64,000 nt of DNA from Candidatus Zixiibacteriota bacterium (GCA_050117845.1 JASFLY010000002.1:128001-192000); one strand, 5' to 3'; positions 1-9,092 are shown, numbered from the stretch's first letter. Notes: generated by a model from the sequence alone, not told the origin. Numbers and translations: made by a program.

Positions 1-27
1 AATATTTCCCTGTCACTCATAAACGGC

Positions 28-1179
28 CTACCAGAAGTAGTTCAGGCCCACCTTGAAGTCCACAATATCCGCAGAGTAGCCGTCGGCGTCGAGGGCGCCG
101 CGCCGGCCGTACCCCAGGCCGACGTCGAACCGGCCGTGCCGCGACCACACCGGCCACCCGCCGCCGATGCCGTAGAACAGCGCGTCCACCGAGCCGGGAC
201 GGCCGGAACTCACGTACCACGGCCGGTAGCTGACGCCCGTCCGGGCCACGGCGCCCGAGTCCAGCACGTACTCCGCGCCGGCGTACGCCCAGCCGACGTC
301 ACGAACGTAGGGCGTCGGGTCGTATCCGTTCGAGAACTCCATGTCTTCGTAGAACGTGTACAGGTAGTCCAGGTGGACGTTGATGCTAAGCGCCTGCAGC
401 GAGAGCGCGCCGCCCACCGTGGGCGCGAACTGCACTTCGTAATCGGACCCGTCACGGAAGCGAACGTCGCCGCCTTTCTTCCCCACGGCCGCGACCGCGA
501 GCCGCCAGCCGGGGCCGAGGTCAAAATCCCGCCAGAGCGACGCCCGCAAGTCGTAGCCGGTTCCGCGGACGTCCACGTCGTCGTAGCGGCTGTTGGACAG
601 GGTAACCGTCTCCCGGGCCCAGAGGAAATCCGCCGCGACGCCCAACGAAACGCCCGGCAGCCGGAAGGCCGCCGCCGGCCCCAGGGCCCGCATCGAGCCG
701 CGGCTCTTCACCTCGCCGCCGGTCCCGTCGCCTCCTATCTCGTAGGTGTAATCGGAGGGCGTCCACAGCGCGCCGCCCAGCGCCACCCGGCCGGGGACCG
801 CCGACCACGCCCCGGCCGCGTACGCCCCGGCGAAGGACCCGAAGAAAGACTGCGCGTTAGTCCCGGCCTGCGACGGCTGAACCGAGTAACCCCAGTTGCG
901 ATATCCTACGCCGCCGCTCGCCGCCGACCCGGTAAGGGACGCCAGCGCCGCCGGGTTGGATATCGCGGCGCCGGCCCCGTAGGTCGAGGCCCGGCCGGCC
1001 CCCGCCATGCCCACGGCCCGGGCGTCCACCTCGTGCGATACCTCGCCCAGGTGCATGAGTTCGTGGCGGTAGCTCGGGGGCCAGTCCCGGTAGTATAGAT
1101 CCGCGCATCCGCCGGCGACGAGGCAGGCCGCCGCGACGAGCGTCGCCGTGGTCGTCCACTTTAAACAATCCCGACTCAT
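28..1179 (-). CDS. Outer-membrane beta-barrel protein, PorV/FadL-like, with signal peptide or lipobox
   Basis: ATG at 1179 overlaps the XPB stop (ATGA). N-terminus MSRDCLKWTTTATLVAAACLVAGGC; ARAVGMAGAG...SNPAALA motif typical of PorV/FadL; alternating beta strands; ends GLNYFW. Confidence 0.65.
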   Translation of the reverse strand: MSRDCLKWTTTATLVAAACLVAGGCADLYYRDWPPSYRHELMHLGEVSHEVDARAVGMAGAGRASTYGAGAAISNPAALASLTGSAASGGVGYRNWGYSVQPSQAGTNAQSFFGSFAGAYAAGAWSAVPGRVALGGALWTPSDYTYEIGGDGTGGEVKSRGSMRALGPAAAFRLPGVSLGVAADFLWARETVTLSNSRYDDVDVRGTGYDLRASLWRDFDLGPGWRLAVAAVGKKGGDVRFRDGSDYEVQFAPTVGGALSLQALSINVHLDYLYTFYEDMEFSNGYDPTPYVRDVGWAYAGAEYVLDSGAVARTGVSYRPWYVSSGRPGSVDALFYGIGGGWPVWSRHGRFDVGLGYGRRGALDADGYSADIVDFKVGLNYFW

Positions 1180-2897
1180 GAATCCCCCCCGGAAGACGGG
1201 ACCGAGTTCCTCGCGAAGAAGGCGTCCGCCTCCGCTATCTCGTATTGGTATCCCTGCTCCGTCAAAAACAGCTCGCGCTTCAGCGCGTAGTCCTGCTCGA
1301 TGGTGTCGCGCGAGACCAGCGTGTAGAAGTAGGCCACATTCTCGCCCGACTTGGGGCGGAGGATGCGGCCCAGCCGTTGGGCCTCCTCCTGCCGGGAGCC
1401 GAAGGTCCCCGAGACCTGAATGGCGACGTTGGCGTCCGGCAAGTCGAGCGCGAAATTGGCCACCTTCGACACGACCAGCACCGGGACGGTCCCCTGTCGG
1501 AACTTCTCGTACAGGACGTCGCGCTCGCCCTGGGGCGTCTTGCCGGTGATGAGCGGCGCCTTTACGGCCTCGGCGATTATCTCGAGCTGGTTCAGGTAGT
1601 GGCCTATGACCAGGATGCTGTGGCCGCGGTGGACCTCCAGCAGGCGCTCGACCGCCGGGATCTTGCCGGGGTTCTCGGCGGCGACGCGGAAGCGCCGGTG
1701 GTTCGACGCCACGGCGTAGCGCAGCCGGTCCTCGGTAACCATGGGAACGCGCAGCTCCCGGCATATCGCCCGGGCGATCCAATTCTTGCGCTCCAGTTCC
1801 TTCCACGGCGTGTCGTAGCGCTTCGGCCCGATGAGCGAGAAGACCTCGTCCTCCTTGCCGTCCTCGCGCACCAGCGTGGCCGTGAGGCCCAGGCGACGCC
1901 GCGTCTGGATCTCGGCCGTGATGCGGAAGACGGGGGCCGGCAGCAGGTGCACCTCGTCGTATACTATAAGGCCCCAGTCGCGCTCGTTGAAAAGCTTGAA
2001 GTGGGGGAAGGGGCCCTTCTTGGTGGGCCGCCAGACGAGGACCTGGTACGTCGCTATCGTAACGGGCCGCGGTTCCTTGACCAGGCCGGTGTACTCGCCG
2101 ATGTCCTCGCTCGTCAGCGTCGTCTTGTCCAGGAGTTCGTCCTTCCACTGATGCACGGCCGTGATGTTGGTCACGAGGATGAGCGTCTGCGCTCCGACCT
2201 CCGCCATCGCGGCCATCCCGACTATGGTCTTGCCGGCGCCGCAGGGCAGCACCACCACGCCCGAACCGCCGGCGGCCGACCCGGCCCGGTAGAACGAATC
2301 CGCGGCGGCCCGCTGGTAATCGCGGATGGCGAACTCGTCGCCGGTGGAGAGCCGGGTCTCCCGCAGGGCTATATCGAACGGCGCCCCGGCGATGTAACCC
2401 GCCAGGTCCTCCACCGGGATGCCGTAGCGGATGAGGGCGCTCTTGACGTGGCCCCGGGCGTAATCCTTGAGCCGCACCTTCCGCTCGTCGAAGACGCCCC
2501 CCTCGAAGAAAGACGCCACCTTCCGGTTGTTCATTACCTGGGCCAGGAGGATGTCGTCGCCGACGTCGAGGTAGTAGCCGGCGTCGTCGCGCAGGAGCTT
2601 GACGCGGCCGTAGCGGCCTATCTGGTCGCGGATGAGGTGTTCGATGATGGCCGGGACGTCGTAGCGGCTGTACTGCCGAAGGACGCCTATTATCGCGTCC
2701 TCCTTCAGGCCGGCGGCGGCGGCGTTCCACAAGGATATCGGCGTTATCCTATACGTGTGGACGTGTTCCGGGCTTTTGACGAGTTCGGCGAAAGGCAGGA
2801 GGCGGTCGCGGACCTCTTCGTGCCGGGGATGGTCGACCTCCAGGAAGAGGGTCCGGTCCGATTGCACTATCAGCGGTTTGCGGTCCGTCGAGGCCAT
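1176..2897 (-). CDS. xpb: XPB/Ssl2/Rad25-family SF2 DNA repair helicase
   Basis: PLIVQSDRTLFLEVDHP N-domain, Walker A LPCGAGKT, DEVH, LGLTATLVREDG (RED), QRLGRILRPK. Start at MASTDRK with AGGA SD. Confidence 0.93.
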   Translation of the reverse strand: MASTDRKPLIVQSDRTLFLEVDHPRHEEVRDRLLPFAELVKSPEHVHTYRITPISLWNAAAAGLKEDAIIGVLRQYSRYDVPAIIEHLIRDQIGRYGRVKLLRDDAGYYLDVGDDILLAQVMNNRKVASFFEGGVFDERKVRLKDYARGHVKSALIRYGIPVEDLAGYIAGAPFDIALRETRLSTGDEFAIRDYQRAAADSFYRAGSAAGGSGVVVLPCGAGKTIVGMAAMAEVGAQTLILVTNITAVHQWKDELLDKTTLTSEDIGEYTGLVKEPRPVTIATYQVLVWRPTKKGPFPHFKLFNERDWGLIVYDEVHLLPAPVFRITAEIQTRRRLGLTATLVREDGKEDEVFSLIGPKRYDTPWKELERKNWIARAICRELRVPMVTEDRLRYAVASNHRRFRVAAENPGKIPAVERLLEVHRGHSILVIGHYLNQLEIIAEAVKAPLITGKTPQGERDVLYEKFRQGTVPVLVVSKVANFALDLPDANVAIQVSGTFGSRQEEAQRLGRILRPKSGENVAYFYTLVSRDTIEQDYALKRELFLTEQGYQYEIAEADAFFARNSVPSSGGDS

Positions 2898-2984
2898 ATT
2901 ATTCCTACATTTTACCATATTTCGCAAATATAACAAACCCGTATAACGCGGGGCCGCGGCTTCCATCAAACATCATTCATCATT

Positions 2985-3406
2985 GTAGCGGCGGGCTTTA
3001 CGCCCGCCGCCGTGTGAATGGGTGACAGGAATGCCGGCCGCACCCCTAGTATCGAGGCCGGCCGCTTCAGCGGCCGGAGCCTCACCCGCGAAGCGTCTAA
3101 CCGCCGGTTTCAACCGGCGGGTGACGTGTAGAAATGTGCCGTCAGGTGTTACCACCTGACGGCGCCCCGGCGGCCGACAGGAATGTCGGCCCCACCACAA
3201 TTTGCGGAGGGCGACCCCGCAGCGGGCGAGGAGGCGCCCGGAGCCCGCGGCGGCCGACGCAAAGCGGCGGCCGGAGCGGTAATTATTTCACCGACAGGAA
3301 TGTCGGTGGCACTCCTACGTATCGAAAGCGGCGGCCAGAGCGGCAACTAAATCACCGAAAGGAACGCCGGCGGCACGGGTTCACCGGCAGGAATGTCGGT
3401 GGCACG
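2985..3406. repeat. Composite REP/BIME-like palindrome cluster, copy A
   Basis: GTAG-GCGGCGGGCTTTACGCCCGCCGC-type hairpin at 2985, GGCCGCTTCAGCGGCC (3060), CCGCCGGTTTCAACCGGCGG (3101), GCCGTCAGGTGTTACCACCTGACGGC (3138) and several GACAGGAATGTC hairpins (3172, 3290, 3383). Units recur at ~9.1 and ~11.5 kb. Confidence 0.8.
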
Positions 3407-3519
3407 CCTTCGAATTGGAACCGGCTGCGCTTGACAAACGTCGCGCTTATATATATTATTTACAGATAAGTATACGGGCCGGCCCCCGCCGGCCGCAACG
3501 AAACCGTAGGAGAAACGAC

Positions 3520-3918
3520 ATGAGAATAGCAATGCCCACCGACGACCGTAAAACCCTCGCCGGCCACTTCGGCCGGGCGGCGGAATTCGCCATATACGAG
3601 GCCGACAAAGGCGAAGCTCGACTTGTCGAGTATCGCCCCAACCACCACGTCCACGCCGGCCACGGCGAGGGCCAGGGCGCCGGCGCGGGTCAGGGCGCCG
3701 GAGGCCGCGGCTCCGGCTTCGAGGAGGGGCTGGCGGGCGTCGAGGTCCTTATATGTCGCGGGATGGGCCGCCGGGCCCAGGAAGTCTGCGCCTCGATGGG
3801 GATCCGCGTTATGTACGCCCAGGACGACGGCCTGGACGACGTCGCCTCCCGCTTCGCCCGGGGCGAGTTGGCCGGGGGCGAGCCGTCCTGTGACTGCGGC
3901 TCCGGCCACCAACATTAA
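3520..3918 (+). CDS. NifB/NifX-family (dinitrogenase FeMo-co-like) metal-cluster-binding protein with His/Gly insert
   Basis: MRIAMPTDD...HFGRA motif, VLICRGMG, terminal C-D-C...HQH; AGGAG SD before ATG 3520. Confidence 0.85.
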   Translation: MRIAMPTDDRKTLAGHFGRAAEFAIYEADKGEARLVEYRPNHHVHAGHGEGQGAGAGQGAGGRGSGFEEGLAGVEVLICRGMGRRAQEVCASMGIRVMYAQDDGLDDVASRFARGELAGGEPSCDCGSGHQH

Positions 3919-3949
3919 GGCCGGCGTACCCTTCCCCGAAAAACGCGCA

Positions 3950-3980
3950 AAAAAATAACCCGGCTCCGGGCCGGGTTATT
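3950..3980. terminator. Intrinsic terminator between convergent genes
   Basis: Stem AATAACCCGGC/GCCGGGTTATT with an A-run on the left (U-tract for the minus strand). Confidence 0.7.
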
Positions 3981-3998
3981 GCGTCGTACGCGTCGTCG

Positions 3999-4877
3999 TT
4001 ATTTCCGCTTGGTGAAGTAGTAAATAGCGGCCGCGACGGCCGGTATTATTAATATCAGGCCGCCGACCACTATGAAGATTATCATGTAGACGGCCGCGAA
4101 CTCCGGGTCGTCCGAAAGCTCGCCCACGCCGCCCAAAAGGCCGCAGCACACGCAGGTTAGGCCCACGAGCAGGCCGCCGATGGCGATGCCGATGAGGGTC
4201 TTGAGCACCTTCGTTGAACCGCGGAACACCTTCCGGCCGTCGCCCCCGACCGCCGCCATACGCTCCATCTGTTTATGGGCCTCGACCGCGACGTCCGATT
4301 CGGGCGCGAGTTCCACGGCCCGCGCCAGGAAATTCTCCGCCCGGCCCATGTCGCCGTCGTTCACGAAGGTGAGGCCCAACCGGTAGAGGAGTTCCTGGTT
4401 AGACGGCTCCAGCTTGAACGCGGCGCGGTACATCTTGGCCGCCTGGCCCCAGTTGCACCGGTAGAAATAATAATCGCCCAAAAGCATCCAGCCGTAGACC
4501 AGCATGCTCGAGGCCTGATACTTGGGCTCGCCGTCCTCGATTAACGCCGCCGCCTGGAATTGTCGCGCGATGTTGCGCAGGCGTTCGACCGCCGCGTTGA
4601 GGTCCTGGTACACCGGCGTGGCGGCCTCGTCGAGCCACTGGCGATACTCGTTCTTGGTCCCGACGTCGAGCGGCGGTTTCTCCCGTTCGCCCGCCGGCGG
4701 GGCGCCGAAGAATCCCCCGTAATTGAAAGTCGTCGTAACCGGCACCGGGTCCCGGTATATCCGACGGGCGAGGCTGAACATCACGTCGGCCTTGACGTGA
4801 AGTTTCGCCTCCGCCTCGACCAGAAACGACTTCGCGATTTTAAGCTCGGTTTGAATGGATACGTTTTCCTGTGCCAT
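3999..4877 (-). CDS. TPR-containing protein with two C-terminal TM helices
   Basis: TPR-like LGDYYF...AAKMYRAAFKLEPSN and LGLTF...LARAVELAPE; two hydrophobic C-terminal segments; GAGG SD. Confidence 0.75.
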   Translation of the reverse strand: MAQENVSIQTELKIAKSFLVEAEAKLHVKADVMFSLARRIYRDPVPVTTTFNYGGFFGAPPAGEREKPPLDVGTKNEYRQWLDEAATPVYQDLNAAVERLRNIARQFQAAALIEDGEPKYQASSMLVYGWMLLGDYYFYRCNWGQAAKMYRAAFKLEPSNQELLYRLGLTFVNDGDMGRAENFLARAVELAPESDVAVEAHKQMERMAAVGGDGRKVFRGSTKVLKTLIGIAIGGLLVGLTCVCCGLLGGVGELSDDPEFAAVYMIIFIVVGGLILIIPAVAAAIYYFTKRK

Positions 4878-4903
4878 AAAGCCACCTCGGCGTGGACGGG
4901 GTC

Positions 4904-4932
4904 ATAGTAGCGTCCCCTCCGGCGTATGTCAA
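4904..4932 (-). promoter_or_regulatory. sigma70-type promoter of the TPR gene
   Basis: Minus strand TTGACA-N17-TACTAT. Confidence 0.7.
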
Positions 4933-4952
4933 GCCCGCTTTTATGTATAACG

Positions 4953-4981
4953 TTGACCGGCCCCGGCCTCTCTGCTACTAT
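4953..4981 (+). promoter_or_regulatory. sigma70-type promoter of the DPY19-like gene, back-to-back with the previous promoter
   Basis: TTGACC-N17-TACTAT with extended -10 TG. Confidence 0.7.
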
Positions 4982-5022
4982 GAGCCCGCGTCGGCGCGCG
5001 AACGGCGCCCGACGGGACGGCC

Positions 5023-7236
5023 ATGGGACTGCTCAAACGCATAATACGCCACCGCTATACCCCGGTGGCCGCGCTCGTTCTGGCCGCGGCGGCCGGCGGC
5101 GTTTACCGCTACGCGGCCATGGACGCCATCTCGCCCCGCGAGTTCTCGTACATGATCGAGTCCTGCATACGTTTCCGCTACGCCGAGATGCGGATGATGG
5201 GCGGGGAGCCGCCGGCGCTCGACCTCGAGGCCCAGTGGCCGGAGGGCTTCGCCGTCGACCGGATGATCCTCTCGCTGCCGGACCGGACGGCCGCGCTGTT
5301 CTACAAGGTCCACGGGGGCGACACCTTCCTCGCCACCCGGACGCTTATAAACATCCTCTCCGCCGTGGGCGTCGGGGCCTTCGCGCTTTTGGCCCTCGCG
5401 GCCCTGCGAAGGCCGGCGTACGCCGCCGGCGCCACGCTTGTCTACGCCGTCACCTTCGGCGCCTTCTCCCGCAGCTGGAGCAACTACCTCCGGGAGGACT
5501 TCGCCATGCCCGGCCTCCTCGCGGCCACGGCGGGGACGCTGTACCTCCTGACATCGGACGGCCGCAAAGGCCGGTGGTTCGCGGCGGCGGGCGTCGCCCT
5601 CGCGACGTGCTGGGCCGGGTCCTGCTGGCACATGAGCCAGTTTTACGTCGCCCTCCTGGGGTTGGCGGTGGTTGCGTACGCCGTCGCTGACCGCCGGGGA
5701 ATTGGGGCGGGGCGGGCGGCGCTGGCCGGCGTTTCCCTCTGGCTCGGCCTGGCCCTAGCCGCGGCCCTCAACAAACCGCTCTGGGTCAAGGGGGCCTTCT
5801 GGAACGTTAGCGCGGCGCTGGCCTTCGCGCCGGCCCTGGCGTGGGCCGCGGCGCGGATTCTGCGCCGGCCCGAACGAGGCCGCTGGTTTGCGCTCGGCGC
5901 GGCGGCCTTGCTGGTCGGCCTCTCGCTCGCCTTCGGCCGGTCCGCCGGCTACGGCCACGTCTACGAACTCGTGTGGGCGAAGATAATCCACCTGGGCAAG
6001 TACCCCGGCCCCGAAGCCCTCTCGGCCGACGCGCGCATGTTCTGGGTGGGGCCTTACGAGTCGCCCGGGGGCTTCCGGGCCTTCATCGAATACGGCCCGC
6101 TGGCCCTGGCCGCCGGCGCGGGCTTCGTCCTGTGGGTGCGGGACGCCGCGCGGCGGCGCCCGGCCACCGGCGTTTTCGTCGCCGCGGCCGCGGCGGCGAC
6201 GGCCGTCCTCTACCTCCTCATGTCACGGCTCACGATATTTCTGGCGCCGTGGGTCGCCGTCCTCGCGTTTTACGCCGTGGTCGCTTTCGGCCGGGCGCGG
6301 TGGCGTGCGGTGGCGGCCGTCGTCCTGGCCGGCCTCGCCTTCTTCCATTCCTACGTGGCGGTTTCGCACGGCGCGCCGCGTTGGCTGCAGGCGCCGCTTA
6401 AAACCGTTACCGGGTTCAAGGCCGATGCCCCCTGGTACTACGGCAGCGAGCGCGTGGACCTCCTCCTCTGGCTGAGCGTAACCAAGGGCCCGCCCGAGCC
6501 GCAGGGGCCGGTTCTGGCCGACTTCGCGCTGAGCCCGGCCTTCCTCTACCTGGCCGGCCGGTCCATCGTCCTCAACCCCATGTTCGAGGTCCCCGAGGTC
6601 CGGCGCAAGGCGCTGGCCTACGCCGAGGCCGCCGTGTCGGACGAGGACACGTTCTACCGCCAGTGCGGGGACTGGGGCGTCAACCACGTCGTGCACTTCG
6701 CCCCCCAGGTCCTGTCGACCGGCGCCGGCTCGTTCTACAATACGGCGGCCCGAATGCCCGAACCGGCCTCCGCCGCGTACGAGATGCAGTTCCACCCCGA
6801 AAAGCTGCGGCGCTTCCGGCTGGTTTTCGAAACCTACAACGCCCGCGTCTTCGAGGTCGGGAAGCCGTACGACGGCTACGCCGCGACGGCCTACCACCCC
6901 CTCTACGACCCGAACCGCTTCCCGGACGTCCCGACGGCCGAAGACCTCGACGCCTTCTACCGGGACCAGCGCCGGGCGGAGGAATACTACACGCTGGCGT
7001 GCGCCGCTCAGGACGCCGGCGACTTCGTGGCCGCGGCCGCGGCCCTGGGCAGCGTCCTCCGCCTGCACCCCGACTACGAGGACGCCAATCTCCGGCTGGG
7101 CTTCTGTAATTTAAAATTGAACCAGACCGAGGACGCCCGGCGCGCGCTGGAGCGCGCCGCCGCCTCCCGGCCCCACGACCCCCGGGCCCGGCGGTATCTG
7201 GACCTGCTGGGCGGCTCCGGCGGCCGGACGAACTAA
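5023..7236 (+). CDS. Multi-pass GT-C glycosyltransferase, DPY19 (C-mannosyltransferase)/STT3-like, with C-terminal TPRs
   Basis: About 11-13 TM segments; collinear DPY19-like motifs REFSYMIES, SRSWSNYLREDFAMP, CWHMSQF, GHVYELVWAK, LMSRLTIFLAP, GRSIVLNPMFE; no WWDYG; TPR tail. Confidence 0.7.
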   Translation: MGLLKRIIRHRYTPVAALVLAAAAGGVYRYAAMDAISPREFSYMIESCIRFRYAEMRMMGGEPPALDLEAQWPEGFAVDRMILSLPDRTAALFYKVHGGDTFLATRTLINILSAVGVGAFALLALAALRRPAYAAGATLVYAVTFGAFSRSWSNYLREDFAMPGLLAATAGTLYLLTSDGRKGRWFAAAGVALATCWAGSCWHMSQFYVALLGLAVVAYAVADRRGIGAGRAALAGVSLWLGLALAAALNKPLWVKGAFWNVSAALAFAPALAWAAARILRRPERGRWFALGAAALLVGLSLAFGRSAGYGHVYELVWAKIIHLGKYPGPEALSADARMFWVGPYESPGGFRAFIEYGPLALAAGAGFVLWVRDAARRRPATGVFVAAAAAATAVLYLLMSRLTIFLAPWVAVLAFYAVVAFGRARWRAVAAVVLAGLAFFHSYVAVSHGAPRWLQAPLKTVTGFKADAPWYYGSERVDLLLWLSVTKGPPEPQGPVLADFALSPAFLYLAGRSIVLNPMFEVPEVRRKALAYAEAAVSDEDTFYRQCGDWGVNHVVHFAPQVLSTGAGSFYNTAARMPEPASAAYEMQFHPEKLRRFRLVFETYNARVFEVGKPYDGYAATAYHPLYDPNRFPDVPTAEDLDAFYRDQRRAEEYYTLACAAQDAGDFVAAAAALGSVLRLHPDYEDANLRLGFCNLKLNQTEDARRALERAAASRPHDPRARRYLDLLGGSGGRTN

Positions 7237-7262
7237 ACCCCTACCGCGGGAAAGAACCCCCT

Positions 7263-7718
7263 ATGGAGAATTTCACGATATCGCCGATAGGCGTCATCCG
7301 CACGCCGTTCGCCGCCGCGGCCGACGCCCCCATCCAGGGACGGCTCGCGGCCCAAAACGAAGGGGAGGTCGAGGTCTTCGAGGCGTACGCCCCGGCCCTG
7401 GCCGGCGTCGAAGGCTTCTCCCACCTCACCTTGCTATATTATTTCCACCAGGCCGCCCCGACCGAACTCGTCGTCAAACCGTTTTTGGACGACGCCCGGC
7501 ACGGCGTCTTCGCGACGCGCCACCCCCGGCGGCCCAACCACCTGGGCCTTACGACCGTTCGCCTTATCGAGCGCCGCGGAAACGTACTCGTGGTATCGGG
7601 AGTGGACATGCTCGACGGAACGCCGCTGGTCGATATTAAGCCGTACGTCCCCGCTTTCGACCGCGCGCCGGAGGACGTAAGGTACGGATGGCTCGAAGGG
7701 AAAATCGGCCCCGCGTAG
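7263..7718 (+). CDS. tsaA: tRNA (N6-threonylcarbamoyladenosine37-N6)-methyltransferase TrmO/TsaA
   Basis: PIGVIRTPF, GVFATRHPRRPNHLGL, GVDMLDGTPLVDIKPY. Confidence 0.92.
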   Translation: MENFTISPIGVIRTPFAAAADAPIQGRLAAQNEGEVEVFEAYAPALAGVEGFSHLTLLYYFHQAAPTELVVKPFLDDARHGVFATRHPRRPNHLGLTTVRLIERRGNVLVVSGVDMLDGTPLVDIKPYVPAFDRAPEDVRYGWLEGKIGPA

Positions 7719-7836
7719 GGCCAAACGCGGGGTTCAAGGCTTTCGGGTCGGCGCGGCCGCGGAAATTTTCCACAATAAATATCTTTATAACTCAAGCAAT
7801 ATCAAGCTGTTACGATAGCTACCCCGCACATTCTAT

Positions 7837-7865
7837 TTGCATCGCGGCGGCCTAAATGCTATAAT
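7837..7865 (+). promoter_or_regulatory. sigma70-type promoter of the FBP aldolase/phosphatase gene
   Basis: TTGCAT-N17-TATAAT with extended -10 TG; AAGGAGG SD downstream. Confidence 0.7.
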
Positions 7866-7928
7866 GCCCAACTTTCGTTACACGCATTCAAATTAGTTCT
7901 TTTCAATATTAAGGAGGCAACCTAAAAG

Positions 7929-9029
7929 ATGGCTGGAAAGATAACCCTCAGCGTCATCAAGGCCGACATCGGCGGCCTGGTGGGCCATTCCGCGATGCAC
8001 CCCGAAGTCCAGGCCAAGGCCGTGGAAGAACTTGAGAAGGCAAAGAAGGCCGGCCTGCTCATCGACTTCCACGTTTTCGCCTGTGGCGACGACCTCGAAC
8101 TCATCATGACCCACACCGAAGGCACCGACAGCGAGAAGATCCACAAACTCGCCTGGGATACCTTCCTCGCCGGCACCGAAGTGGCTAAGAAACTGCACCT
8201 CTACGGCGCGGGTCAGGACCTTTTGGCCGACGCGTTCTCCGGCAACGTCAAGGGCATGGGCCCGGGCGTCGCGGAGATGGAGTTCGAAGAGCGGAAGAGT
8301 GAGCCGGTCCTCGTCTTCGCCGGCGACAAGTGCGCCCCCGGCGCCTGGAACATGCCGCTCTACAAGATGTTCGCCGACCCGTTCAACACCGCGGGCCTCG
8401 TCATCGACCCCAACATGCACGACGGCTTCAACTTCGACGTCTACGACATCCACAACAGCAAGCGCATCCTCTTCTCCTGCCCGGAAGAGCTTTACGACAT
8501 GCTCGTCTTCATCGGCTCGCCGGACCACTTCCTCGTCCGCGGCGTATTCCGTAAGGACAACGGCGACCCCGCCGCGGTCTCCTCGACGCAGAAGCTCGCG
8601 CTCATCGCGGGCCGCTACGTCGGCAAGGACGACCCGGTTTGCATCGTGCGCTGCCAGTCCGGCCTCCCGGCCGTGGGCGAAGCCCTCGAGCCGTTCGCGT
8701 TCCCGCACACCATCTCCGGTTGGATGCGCGGTTCGCACATGGGCCCGCTGATGCCGACCTCCATCGCCCAGGCGCACCCGACCCGTTTCGACGGGCCGCC
8801 GCGCGTCGTGTGCGTAGGTTACCAAATAGCGGACGGCGGCCTGGCCAGCCACCGCGACATGTTCGACGACCCGAGCTACGACGAGACGCGCAAGACCGCC
8901 AACATCGTCGGCGAGTACCTGCGCCGTCACGGCCCCTTCGAGCCGCACCGCCTCCCCTACGCCGAAATGGAATACACCACCATGCCGGCCGTTCTGGAGA
9001 AGCTGCAGGAACGTTGGGAAGACCTCTAG
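7929..9029 (+). CDS. fbp: Bifunctional fructose-1,6-bisphosphate aldolase/phosphatase (class V, archaeal-type)
   Basis: ITLSVIKADIGG..GH, CGDD, LYGAGQDLL, GNVKGMGPG, ADPFNTAGL, YVGKDDP, GWMRGSH, RFDGPPRV, HGPFEPHRL. Confidence 0.96.
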   Translation: MAGKITLSVIKADIGGLVGHSAMHPEVQAKAVEELEKAKKAGLLIDFHVFACGDDLELIMTHTEGTDSEKIHKLAWDTFLAGTEVAKKLHLYGAGQDLLADAFSGNVKGMGPGVAEMEFEERKSEPVLVFAGDKCAPGAWNMPLYKMFADPFNTAGLVIDPNMHDGFNFDVYDIHNSKRILFSCPEELYDMLVFIGSPDHFLVRGVFRKDNGDPAAVSSTQKLALIAGRYVGKDDPVCIVRCQSGLPAVGEALEPFAFPHTISGWMRGSHMGPLMPTSIAQAHPTRFDGPPRVVCVGYQIADGGLASHRDMFDDPSYDETRKTANIVGEYLRRHGPFEPHRLPYAEMEYTTMPAVLEKLQERWEDL

Positions 9030-9054
9030 GTCGAGTCACGATAGATACGTATAC

Positions 9055-9087
9055 AAAGCCCCCGCCCCCCGGCGGGGGTTTTTATTT
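9055..9087 (+). terminator. Intrinsic terminator of fbp
   Basis: AAAGCCCCCGCC-loop-GGCGGGGGTTTTTATTT. Confidence 0.8.
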
Positions 9088-9092
9088 CCCAG

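Noticed and set aside
1..20. Start of a further minus-strand CDS (ATG at 20, MSDREI...)
   Set aside because: Only six codons are visible, so it cannot be supported.
28..2730. 900-aa minus-strand ORF suggesting a large fusion protein
   Set aside because: The first ~516 aa are an Arg/Pro-rich off-frame shadow of XPB. The real gene starts at ATG 1179.
2985..3406. Palindromic repeats as a CRISPR array
   Set aside because: The units are heterogeneous, irregularly spaced and recur with the same intervening sequence at other loci. There are no cas genes.
3431..3459. Promoter with a perfect TTGACA upstream of the NifX-like gene
   Set aside because: The best -10 candidates fall at 13-15 nt spacing. 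Plausible but not clean enough to call.
3520..3918. Nitrogen fixation inferred from the NifX-like gene
   Set aside because: No nifHDK or other nif genes; the family is widespread in non-diazotrophs.
6433..6444. WYYG in the 5023 protein as the oligosaccharyltransferase WWDYG motif
   Set aside because: It lacks the Asp and lies before the LLLWL helix, whereas WWDYG lies after the equivalent helix.
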